This document shows, one piece after another, positions 41,059-52,163 of a DNA stretch of 64,000 bases (positions are counted from its first letter, which is position 1; the number at the start of each line of letters is the position of its first letter). Below the pieces are notes generated by a model that saw only the letters and a program-made list of their open reading frames with translations, searched no databases and was not told the DNA's origin. A program made the position numbers and the translations under genes. Origin of the DNA: an uncultured Verrucomicrobiae bacterium (GTDB taxonomy: Bacteria; Verrucomicrobiota; Verrucomicrobiia; Chthoniobacterales; JAFAMB01); contig CAWEXO010000005.1 in NCBI GenBank assembly GCA_963813025.1, positions 1-64,000 of the forward strand, read 5' to 3'.

Positions 41059-44000
41059 ATGAACGCCTCCCTTCAAGATCAGCAACACGCCGAAGCTGAC
41101 CCTGCAGACAAAGTCTTTTTTTTCCCTCATTTGCACAAGAAGGGTTGTGGTTCGTTAACCAGCTTCAGCCGCATAGCGCAGCCTATAATCTGCCCTCTGC
41201 AATGCGAATCGTGGGAGAGCTGAATCTCGAAGCATTAGAAAGTAGTCTAAACAAGATCGTCGAACGTCATGAGACTCTGCGCACTACGTTCCGCGCAATC
41301 GACGGTCAGCCGATGCAGGTAATCGCGCCGGCGCGCGAGCTGAGACTGCCAATTACTGATTTGCGCGGATTGGAACCTCTTGCGTGTGTGGAAGAGGAGC
41401 GTCGCCTGATTGCTGAGGAAGCAGGGACGCCATTCGACCTGGCGCGCGGTCCGTTGATGCGGGTCAGATTGCTTCGCAGCGGCGACCGAAAGCACCTGCT
41501 GGTTACCACCCTGCACCACATCATTACCGATGAGCGGTCGAATGACTTGTTCATGCGCGAGTTGATCGCGGGCTATGAGGCATTTGCCGAAGGCCGCGAA
41601 CCGGATTTACCTGAGTTACCAATTCAGTATGCCGATTTCGCCCAATGGCAGCGGGAGTTCTTGCAAGACGGTGTACTCGAAGACCAGCTCGGGTACTGGC
41701 GAGAGAAACTGGCCGATCTACCGGTCCTTCAATTACCCATCGATCGTCAGCGTCCCCCCGTGCAGAGCTTCCGCGGGGGATCTGAATCAATCGATCTGCC
41801 AATCGACCTAACCAATGCGCTGAGGGCATTGAGCCGGCGGGAGGGGGCCACGGTTTTTATGACGTTGCTGACGGCATTCAAAGCATTGCTGGCGTGTTAC
41901 ACTAACCAGGAGGACATCGCAGTAGGCTCTCCGATTACAAATCGCACCCGTGCAGAGACAGAAAACCTGATTGGATTTTTCGTAAATACGCTCGTTCTGC
42001 GAACCGCCCTCGACGGGGATCCCAGCTTTTGCGAGGCCCTGGGACGCGTACGCGAAACGGCGCTTGACGCGTTCGAACATCAGGAGGTGCCATTCGACAC
42101 GCTCGTCCAGGCGTTAGCTCCTGAGCGACATTTCAACCAGAACCCGCTGTTCCAGGTGATGTTTGTGGTGCTGAACACCCGTCCCGAGAGGCTGCGGATG
42201 CACGATTTGATCCTGAGTCCAATCCCAATTGAGGATCCCTCTGCAAGATTTGATCTGACGATGTTTCTGTTTGAGGGGCTGGAGGGCATTCATGGATCGC
42301 TGGCCTATAGCGTCGATCTGTTTGAGGCGGTCACCATCCGGCGCATGGCCGGCCATTTCCGGAAGTTGCTGGAAGGGATCGTCGCCAATCCGAATGCGCG
42401 GCTTTCGGAACTGCGAATCCTCACGGTGGCTGAGGAGGAACAAATCGTTGTTCAGTGGAACCGAACCCAAACGGAGTTTGCTTGCCGGGCCAGCATTGAA
42501 GAGCTTTTTGAGGCAAATGTAAGCAAAACCCCTGAGGCCATCGCGCTCGAGTATGGAACCACCAGTTGGACCTATCGCCAATTGAACGAGCGCTCCAATC
42601 AACTCGCACATTATCTTCGCTCATTGGGTGTAGGTCCGGAGGTTTTGGTAGGAATCTGTGTCGAGCGCTCCCCGGATATGGTGGTGGGGCTGCTTGCTAC
42701 ACTCAAAGCCGGCGGCGCCTATGTGCCCTTGGACCCCGCCTATCCCCAAGAACGATTGGCATTTATGCTCCAGGACAGTCGAGCTCCTGTGCTCCTCACC
42801 CAAGCCCGCTTGATCGAGCGTTTGCCCTCGCACCAGTCGCGAGTTGTTTGTCTTGATTCCGATTGGCCCCAAATTGCCCAACACGGTACAGCAAATGTCG
42901 CCGTCGACACGCATCCCGAGCACTTGGCCTATGTGATCTACACTTCCGGCTCGACGGGCAAACCGAAGGGTGTACTAATCGACCGGAGGGCGATTACAAA
43001 TCAGCTGTTGTGGAGAATCGGGCAGTACGGTCTGGATTCCCGAGACGTTTTCTTACAAAAGACCACCTTCACCTTTGATGTCTCTGTTTGGGAACTGTTA
43101 TTGCCGCCGATGCTGGGCGCCAGGATGGTTCTGCTGCGGCCCGGAGCGGAGAAAGAGCCCTTGGAATTGGCTGCAGCGATCGAACGCAGTCAGGTTTCGG
43201 TGATTCATTTTGTGCCTTCGATGTTAGCTGTGTTCCTGGAATCCCTCGAGGCCAAACGATTGTTGGGAACTCTGCGGCGTTGTTTTTGCGGGGGAGAATT
43301 CCTGACGCCAGAGCTGACGAAAAGATTCTTTGATCAGTTTGGGGATCGCACCGAACTGCATAATCTTTACGGCCCGACCGAGACTGCCATCGACGTGACC
43401 TTTTATCCGGTGAGTTCGCCCGAGGACACAATCCCGATCGGACGACCCGTTGCCAACACCAGCATCTATCTCCTGGACAGGAATAAACGGCCGGTACCCA
43501 TCGGGGTAGCCGGGGAATTGTGCATCGGTGGGGTCCAGGTCGCGCGCGGATACCTGAACCGGCCGGAACTGACGGCCGAACGTTTCATCGCTAACCCGTT
43601 TAAGGCTGGAGAACGGCTGTACCGGAGCGGCGACCTGGCACGATGGCGCGCCGACGGCAATATCGAGTACCTGGGACGAATGGATCATCAGGTAAAAATT
43701 CGCGGCTTTCGCATCGAGCTCGGGGAGATCGAGGCAGCACTGCTTCGTCATGCTGATATTACCCAGGCGGCTGTTGTTGTCCGTGAGGATCATCCGGGTG
43801 AAAAGCGGCTGATTGGCTACGTTATACCCGCGAATGCTCAAAGTATCGATCCTGCGGCGTTACGCGCCCAACTCGGCAAAAGCCTGCCCAACTACATGGT
43901 GCCGGCGGCGATTGTCGTACTGGAGAAGTTGCCACTCAATGCCAATGGCAAAGTCGACCGCAAGGCGCTGCCCGCACCGGACTTCGCGGCAGCGGCGAGC

Positions 44001-47000
44001 GCCTGGCGTGGGTCACGAACACCGCGCGAAGAGATACTTTGCTCGCTTTTCAGGGAGATTCTTGGGCTATCCCGGGTGGGTATTGATGACAACTTCTTTG
44101 ATCTGGGAGGAGACAGCATCGGCTCGATTCAACTAGTCAGCCGTGCGCGCAAAGCCGGGCTGCTCATCACTCCGCGCGATGTGTTCGAGCATCAGACAGT
44201 GGAGGCGCTGGCTGCAGTGGCGAGCAGGATCAAAGAGAGCGAGACACCGGCCCTGACCGGCCCTGAGAGCGGAGCAGGAGCGCTGCCGCCAACCCCGATC
44301 ATCCACCAGCTGTTAGAGCATGGCGGACCGATCGGGCGTTTTAGCCAATCGATGCTGTTGCAAGTTCCGTCCAAACTTGTTCAGGAGCACCTGGTCGGCG
44401 CCTTACAGGCTTTGCTCGATCATCATGACGCCTTGCGGCTGCGCCTGGTGCGAGCAGCCGCCTCAGGGGCTGGAAATTGGGGCCTGGAGATTCCGCCGCC
44501 CGGGGCGATCATGGCGGGAGAGTGCCTTCGCCGGATCGATGTATCGGGACTGGAAGAGCCCGCCCGCCAAGTGTGTATCAGGGCACAGACGGAGGCGGCC
44601 GAGGGCAGGCTTGCGCCTGAGGCCGGCATCATGGTCCAGGCCGTGTGGTTCGATGCCGGTCCGACTCGGCCGGGGCGGCTCTTATGGGTCATTCACCACC
44701 TGGCCGTTGACGGCGTGTCCTGGCGCATTCTTTTGCCTGATCTGGCTGCGGCCTACCGGGCGATTGAGACCGGTCAGCCGCCAAGGCTGACTCCGTGCGG
44801 CACCTCTTTCCGACACTGGGCCCAACGGCTCAACGCCCAGGCTCAAGACCCGGCCCGGACGAGCGAACTGCCCTTCTGGCAAGCAACACTGAGTGCACCA
44901 GATTTGCCGCTGAGTCTCCAAGCCCTCGATCCCAAGCGCGACACCCGCAGTACCGTAAGGCACCTCAGTCTGACGCTGCCGGTGGCGGTGACCAGCCGGC
45001 TGCTCACTGCGGTGCCGGCCGCCTTTCACGGCCGCATTAACGACGTGCTGCTATGTACCTTGGCGTTGGCCATTGCTAACTGGCGCCGGCGCCATCACTC
45101 CCAGAACGGCCACAGTGCCAGTAACGCCGTATTGATTGATCTGGAGGGACATGGCCGCCAAGAGGAGAGCTTCGCTGGGGTTGATCTCTCGCGCACCGTG
45201 GGCTGGTTTACTTCCCTGTTCCCGGTTCGTCTCGATCCCGGTACGCTCAATTTGACTGAAGCTTTGGCTGGAGGACCGGCCTTGGCTCAGGCCCTCAAGC
45301 GCATTAAAGAACAGTTGCGCACCCTGCCCGACAACGGCCTTGGCTACGGCTTGTTACGGCATCTTAACCCGGAGAGCGCCGCCAGCCTCACTGGACTGGC
45401 CACGCCCCAGATCTGCTTTAACTATCTGGGCCGTTTCAGCGCGCCCCAGGCAGCGGACTGGGCGATAGCTCCTGAGCGGGCTGAACTCGGGGCCGGCGGG
45501 GATCCCGCCATGCCTTTTAATTATTGCCTCAGAATTAATGCGGTCACCCATGACCTGGCGGAGGGTCCCCAGTTGACGGCCAGATGGTCCTGGCCGGGCG
45601 CACTATTGTCCAACGAGGCAGTTAATGATCTGGCTCGAAGCTGGTTTAGTGCATTGCAAGCCCTGGTTGATCATGTCGCTCAGCCGGGAGCCGGCGGACA
45701 CACTCCTTCGGACTTCCCCCTGGTAGCGCTTACTCAGGTTGAGATTGAACGCCTGGAGGCCGAGCATCCGAAACTGGAAGATATCTGGCCGCTGGCACCT
45801 TTGCAGCAAGGCTTACTCTTCCATGCCCTTTATGATACCCAAGGACTCGATGTTTACACCGTCCAAGTGGTGCTTGGGCTGGAAGGGTCCCTGCAGGAAC
45901 CAGTACTCCAAGCAGCCGCAAACGCTCTTTTACAGCGCCATGCCAACCTGCGCGCCAGTTTCCAGCATAGCTTTAACCAACCGCTCCAACTCATCCACTC
46001 GGAGGTGTCTTTGCCCTGGCGCACGGTGGATCTTTCGACGCTTGAGCCGGCAGCTGCACGCGAGGAACACTTTGCCCAGCTCCTGGCCCAGGATCGCGCT
46101 CAACACTTTGATCTGAGCGCTGCTCCCCTCCTGCGCTTTACCCTGGCCCGTTTCGGGCCAGACCAGCATCGGCTCATCCTAACCAAGCATCACATCCTTA
46201 TGGACGGTTGGTCGGGGCCCATCCTGGTTCGGGAACTGTTCACTCTCTATGCCCAAAATGGCAAGAGCAGTGCTCTGCCGCGAGTGACCCCCTATCGGGA
46301 TTATCTCGCCTGGCTCGCCGCCCAGGATCAGGCTGCGGCCAGAGCTGCCTGGCAGGCTCAATTGGCTGGGCTCGAGGAGCCGACCCGGCTGGCTGCCCCT
46401 CACTCGGGACGCGCCCCTGCTGCTCCGGAACGGATCATCCTGGATCTGCCCAAACCACTGACTGAGGCCCTTACCCGGCAGGCTCGTTCCAACAGCCTGA
46501 CGCTTAACACCATTTTACAAGGCGCCTGGGCCATCCTCCTGGGGCGTCTGACGGGCCGCGACGATGTGGTCTTTGGCGTCACCGTGAGTGGCCGGCCGCC
46601 GGAGATCCCCGGCATCGAGTCCATGGTCGGACTCTTCATTAATACTCTCCCCTTGCGCGCTCGATTGCGGTGGAGCGATTCGCTGATCGAACTTTTCACT
46701 CACCTGCAGCAGAATCAGGCTCAGCTTCTGGCCCATCAGCATCTGGGACTGCATGAGATCCAGCGCTTGGCAGGTTTGCGCGAACTGTTCGATACACTGC
46801 TGGTCTTCGAAAATTACCCGATTGAAGGCAGCGCCAACGGAAAATCCTTTGCCGGCTTACGCCTCGCCAGTGCCCAAGGAACAGATGCCAGCCACTATCC
46901 TCTGAGCCTCGTCGTGGCGCCCGGGGAACGTTTGCGTCTGCGTCTCGATTATCGTCCCGATTGCTTCGAACCCAGCAGCGCTGAAGCGATTCTCCAACGC

Positions 47001-49783
47001 CTGGTGCGTTTACTGGAGGCGGTTGCCGCTGATCCGGACCAGGCAATCGGTGCGGTGGATCTCCTTGCTCCCCAAGAACGCCAGCAAATCCTGGTAGATT
47101 GGAATGAAACCCGGCGAGAGTATCCCGCCAAGGTCTGTCTCCACGAATTAATCGAGACGCAGGTCGAGAGGACTCCGAATGCGGTCGCGGTGGTTTTCGA
47201 GGAGGAGTCTCTTACTTACAGAGAACTGAACCGGCGCGCGAACCGGCTGGCGCATCGGTTGCGTCAGGTCGGTGTCGGCCCCGAAGTAATTGTCGGTATT
47301 TTCGCCGAGCGGTCTCTGGAGATGGTCACAGGCCTGATTGCCACGCTCAAGGCTGGGGGGGCATTTTGCCGCTTGACCCCACCTATCCTACCGATCGACT
47401 TGCATTTATGCTCGGCGATGCGCAGCCGGCCGTCGTGCTGGCGCAGCGCCGTCTCGCTGGGCAGTTCCCTGCGCACGACACAAAACTCGTTTTCCTGGAG
47501 GACGATTTCGCCGCCGAGAGCGACGTCAATCCCCCCAACCGCACGCAGCCGGAGAACCTCGCCTACGTGATCTACACTTCGGGGTCGACCGGACAGCCGA
47601 AGGGAGTGTTGATCGAGCAGAAAGCGATCGTAAATCAGTTATTGTGGTTACGCGACCAGTACCAGTTCGACAGCACCGACGTGCTCCTGCAAAAGACGGC
47701 CTGCATCTTTGATGCTTCGGTTTGGGAACTGCTCTTATCACCGATTGTCGGTGCGAAAATGGTGTTGTCGCCTCCGGGAGCTGAAAAAGATCCGGCAGCA
47801 TTGGCAGAGGCTATCGTTCAGAAGCGGATCACCACGATTCAATTGGTGCCTACAATGTTAAGGGCGTTGTTACTATCGCTTCGACCGGGGCAATCGTTTA
47901 ATAGTCTTCGCCGCTGCTTTTGCGGGGGAGAATCCCTGACGCCAGAGCTGACGAAAAGATTCTTTGATCAGTTTGGGGATCGCACCGAACTACATAATCT
48001 TTACGGCCCGACCGAAACGGCCATTGACGCGGCCTTTTATCCGGTGAGTTCGCCTGAGGATGCAATCCCGATCGGACGGCCGGTCGCCAATACCAGCATC
48101 TACATTCTGGACAGGAATAAACGGCCGGTACCCATCGGGGTAGCCGGAGAATTGTGCATCGGCGGAGTCCAGGTCGGGCGCGGATACCTGAACCGGCCGG
48201 AACTGACGGCCGAACGCTTCATCGTTAACCCGTTTAGGGCTGGAGAACGACTATACCGGAGCGGCGACCTGGCACGATGGCGAGCCGACGGCAATATCGA
48301 ATATCTCGGACGCCTGGATCACCAGGTCAAAATCAGAGGCTACCGGATTGAGCTCGGGGAAATCGAGGCGGTGTTAAGTCAGCACGCTGAGATTGGGCAG
48401 GCGGTAGTGGTAGCCCGCGAGGAGAAAAGCGGGAGCAAAGCATTGTGCGCCTACGTGGTCGGCAAGGAATCGAGTCTGGAGACGGAAGAACTGCGCAACT
48501 ATCTGAACGGGAAACTGCCCAAATACATGGTGCCCACCTCCTTTGTGAAGCTGGAAAGCTTTCCTCTGACCGGCAGTGGCAAAGTCGACCGCAAGGCGCT
48601 GCCTGCACCTGATCTACGCACAGCGAGCAAGCAATACCTGGCCGCGCGCAATGAACTCGAAGAGCAACTGGCCAAACTGTGGCAAGAGGTGCTCGGGGTC
48701 CAGCCCATTGGTGTCACCGATGATTTCTTTGCGCTGGGCGGTCACTCACTGCTGGCGGTGCGGATCTTTGCCGAGATCGAACGAATTTTTGAAAAAAAAC
48801 TCCCATTGGCGACACTGTTCCAAAGCCCGACCGTCGAAAAACTGGCGGCGGCTCTGCGGGAGCAAGGCTGGAAACCGACCTGGTCGCCCCTGGTGGCAAT
48901 CCAGCCGCGCGGACCGCGACCACCCTTTTTTGCGGTACACGGCGGCTATGGCGAAGTGATGTTTTACAGCGAGCTGGCGCGGTGCCTGGGGGAGGATCAA
49001 CCTTTTTACGGCCTTCAGGCCGAAGGCCTGGATGGCAGTCCGATCCGGCATACATGCATAGAAGCGATCGCGCGTTATTACCTCCGGGAGATTCGTCGCG
49101 TCCAGGCGCACGGTCCCTATTTTTTGGGCGGTTATTGTACTGGGGGCCTGGTTGCCTTGGAGATGGCGCAACAACTCCGCGCGGTCAGTGAGGATGTAGC
49201 TCTACTGGCGCTCTTTGACACAACCCATCCAAAAGAGCGGAACCTCCGTTATCCCATTAAGAAGCGAATCCGACTGGCCTTAGACGAAGCCCGGGCTCTG
49301 CCTCCGAGCGAGAAGATGCGCTATTTCGCGCAGCGCGCTGCGCACAGACTGAAATGGGAAGTCTCTAAGCTGCAGAAGGCCGGCTACGATCTTAAAGAGC
49401 TGCTTTACAAGATGCAAAAGCCTGACAGGGAAAGCACTAACGGCGGTCCCTTGCCTCTCAAAATGCCGGTCTGGCTGATGCTCCACCGCGCGCAGTCAGC
49501 CTATAAGCCGCACGCTTACCCTGGGCGCATTGTTCTGTTTCGGGCAATAACCTCCGACGGCCGCCAGCGAGTTGACGATCGCGGCTGGACCGGGATCGCC
49601 GAAGGCGGCCTCGAAATTCACGATATGCCAAGTAAGCATGGAACGCTTTTCGAATCCCGTTATATGCCGGCGTTTGCGGAAAAATTGGATGCCTGCATCC
49701 GAACGGCGCGCACGAGCCAGTCAGCTGAAATCTCCCGATTCCTCGCTCAGACCGCTTTGGGCCAACGAAACCCGAGTTTTTGA
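41059..49783 (+). CDS. NRPS-E: C-A-T-E-C-A-T-TE, interrupted by two apparent 1-nt frameshifts (~41120, ~47364)
   Basis: ATG 41059 (MNASLQ...DKVFFFP) joins ORF 41145-47570, which joins 47366-49783 at KAGGA(Y)LPLDP; A codes by eye DVWHFGLIDK and DAWQFGLIDK (Gln-like); TE GYCTG. Confidence 0.88.
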
Positions 49784-50601
49784 GTTCGGATTGTCCGGCG
49801 TGTTTCTGGCGATTGGCGGGTGAATATTTTTATTTCGACATTCCTCGCCTGATAAGCACCGCCAATTAATTTGCGGAGCCGGTGCTGAGCCGCCAGAAAT
49901 GGGGGAAAATCGAGAGGCCCCAAAGAAGCCTGTGATCGCATCCGGGCTCCCTCCTCGCGAGCCTCCGAACCTGTGAACATGTTCACGCCGGTGAAAGTGA
50001 ACACAGCCAAAGGAAGAGGAATGGTGGCCATTTTGACACCCGCATTCAACCATCTCAGAACCAATGCAGCATCACCAATCTGCCTCCATTCCGAGGTGTA
50101 ACTCAACCCGCGGTCTACCAAAGTCCGACGGAAGAAGGTGCTGCAAGTCAAAGTACAAAGATGACACGCGCTGGTATGCGACCGAAGCGGTGCGACAATC
50201 CTCCTGTAACTTAAGGGTTTGCCGTCCGCATCGATGAGGACCGCGTCACCGAAGAGCACCTCTACGTCCGGGTGGGTATGAAAAAACTGCTTCACCAATT
50301 TCAAGACGCCGGGTAGATATTGTTCATCAGAGTTCAGGTGGGCGCAGATTGCTCCCGTGGCCTTAAGCATTCCTTTCGCGATTGCGTCATACATTCCGCG
50401 ATCTTTTTCGACAAAGACGCGGGCTTTTGACTCACGATTCAACCACTCAAGACCTTGTCCGTCACCGCCATCCTGGATGATGTGCTCCACACTCACTCCT
50501 TCCTGGTCCAGGACGGAACCAGCGCACAGCCGCAGCCATTCGGGTTGTTTAAACGTTGGAGTTACGATTGAGAAATCTATGGGAGCTCCGTTGAAAGACA
50601 T
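49747..50601 (-). CDS. Glycosyltransferase family 2
   Basis: FSIVTPTF, IIQDGG, EKDRGMYDAI.KG, LNSDEQY. Confidence 0.9.
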   Translation of the reverse strand: MSFNGAPIDFSIVTPTFKQPEWLRLCAGSVLDQEGVSVEHIIQDGGDGQGLEWLNRESKARVFVEKDRGMYDAIAKGMLKATGAICAHLNSDEQYLPGVLKLVKQFFHTHPDVEVLFGDAVLIDADGKPLSYRRIVAPLRSHTSACHLCTLTCSTFFRRTLVDRGLSYTSEWRQIGDAALVLRWLNAGVKMATIPLPLAVFTFTGVNMFTGSEAREEGARMRSQASLGPLDFPPFLAAQHRLRKLIGGAYQARNVEIKIFTRQSPETRRTIRTQKLGFRWPKAV

Positions 50602-50821
50602 ATTTAAGCTGTGCGAAATGTAAAATGCGACGCGGAGACAAAGTCCTTTAGCAAATTTTACTCGTCTTTATGCGCGGCAATGAGTATCTGGGTCGTTCGT
50701 GGGATCTCCTAAAACGAAGCAGATTGAACCAGAACTGCTGCTTGGAGTGAAAATGTCGCGACTGAATCGCGGCGCTTCTGATCCGGTCGAAATGCCTTCC
50801 TGACGTTTTGGATTCAACGCT

Positions 50822-52069
50822 ATGCCCATGAGCAAGTTTCAAAGCCCCTTGACTATTCTTGCCGCTTTCATAGTTACCGGTTTTGTAGCCCGTGCGCAAG
50901 AGGTTGGCCTTGAGGTCCCTGACCTTGGGCTTACCGTCCCCGGCAGGCTTACCTTGTACAGGCCGATAACCGGTATCTATCAGGGCGAGTTCGTCCAGCG
51001 CCCGCTCACATTAGGTCTTGCGGCAGCGATTGGGTACGACGATAACGTCGATACCTCTCATAACGAGCGCGTTGGCAGCGGATTTACGGCGCCTCGACTA
51101 GAGATAGCATCAAGCATTGGGAGCGAGCGCACTCGACTGAGGGCTGATCTGCGATTGGGATTCGTCGGCTATTGGGATATTCCCGGCGCAGCGCTCCAAC
51201 CTGATATTTCGTTCGACCTGACTTTCACGCACCAATTCAGCCCCCGCCTTGTGCTCGGGTTCTCCTCTTTCGTAACTTATCAAGGCCAGCCGAACTTCGC
51301 TTTCGGCATCGGGAAAACGACCAACGTTGGCAATTACGTCTACAGTACGAATAGCGTCGTGCTTGGCTATCAGTGGACTGAACGGTTTTCCACTGCTACC
51401 AGCTATACGCTGAATGCTGCTTATTACGAATCCAGCACCGTCGGGAGCACCTCGAACCTGCTTGAGCATGTGATTGCTCAGCAATTTCGATACCTGGTTC
51501 TGCCGACTATTGCGGCGGCGGCTGAATATCGATTTAGCTACGAACAATACGTCAACACAAATCTTAATTCGTACTCCCACTTCGTTCTGGCTGGAGCCGA
51601 TCTCACGCTCACCCCGCGGTTGCAGTTCACCTTTCGCGCTGGTGCCGAATTCCAGACCGATCTTTTCCATGGAGGAACGAGTCCGACCTCCCCATACTTT
51701 GAATCCACGCTGACCTACGCTTATCGACGCAACTCCTTCATTCAGTGGTACAATCTTTATGATTTGGAACGATCCGATATCAACACCGCCAATACCAAGG
51801 ACGTCTACCGGACTGGATTAAAGATACTTCATTCGTTTGGCGCAAGGTTGCAGCTGGGCGGTGGCCTCTACTATTCGTACAACCACAATGAGGGCCCGCC
51901 ATCCTCGTTTGATGAGCATCAGGTAGAGGCAACGGCGACAGCGAGTTACCAGCTCACGCGTGCGTGGACGCTCCAAGCCGGTTATACCTTTACCGATGTC
52001 TTGTCGGATATCAATTCGCGAAGCTATTATCGGAACAGGGTTTTTCTCGGGGCAGCCTTCACCTACTGA
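50822..52069 (+). CDS. Outer-membrane beta-barrel associated with EPS export
   Basis: Signal peptide, GYDDNV, alternating aromatic beta strands, C-terminal YYRNRVFLGAAFTY; directly upstream of wzc/wza. Confidence 0.8.
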   Translation: MPMSKFQSPLTILAAFIVTGFVARAQEVGLEVPDLGLTVPGRLTLYRPITGIYQGEFVQRPLTLGLAAAIGYDDNVDTSHNERVGSGFTAPRLEIASSIGSERTRLRADLRLGFVGYWDIPGAALQPDISFDLTFTHQFSPRLVLGFSSFVTYQGQPNFAFGIGKTTNVGNYVYSTNSVVLGYQWTERFSTATSYTLNAAYYESSTVGSTSNLLEHVIAQQFRYLVLPTIAAAAEYRFSYEQYVNTNLNSYSHFVLAGADLTLTPRLQFTFRAGAEFQTDLFHGGTSPTSPYFESTLTYAYRRNSFIQWYNLYDLERSDINTANTKDVYRTGLKILHSFGARLQLGGGLYYSYNHNEGPPSSFDEHQVEATATASYQLTRAWTLQAGYTFTDVLSDINSRSYYRNRVFLGAAFTY

Positions 52070-52163
52070 AAGAAGCGCTGGTCCAACTGCAGAATTCGTG
52101 TCAAGTTCTCGGCTTAAGCGCCGATATTAGGGATCTGCGTACCGATATTCTCAGGTTGTCTTC

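Noticed and set aside
3976..49486. Numerous antisense and alternate-frame ORFs, some appearing twice
   Set aside because: Shadows of GC-rich coding genes; the duplicates only reflect duplicated DNA
21991..49783. Beta-lactone or monobactam cluster because of Cys-TEs
   Set aside because: Predicted terminal residues (Val, Gln) lack a beta-nucleophile; no sulfotransferase or transaldolase in the window
19615..49783. Siderophore cluster
   Set aside because: No TonB receptor, N-hydroxylase, aryl-acid or Asp-hydroxylase genes seen in the window
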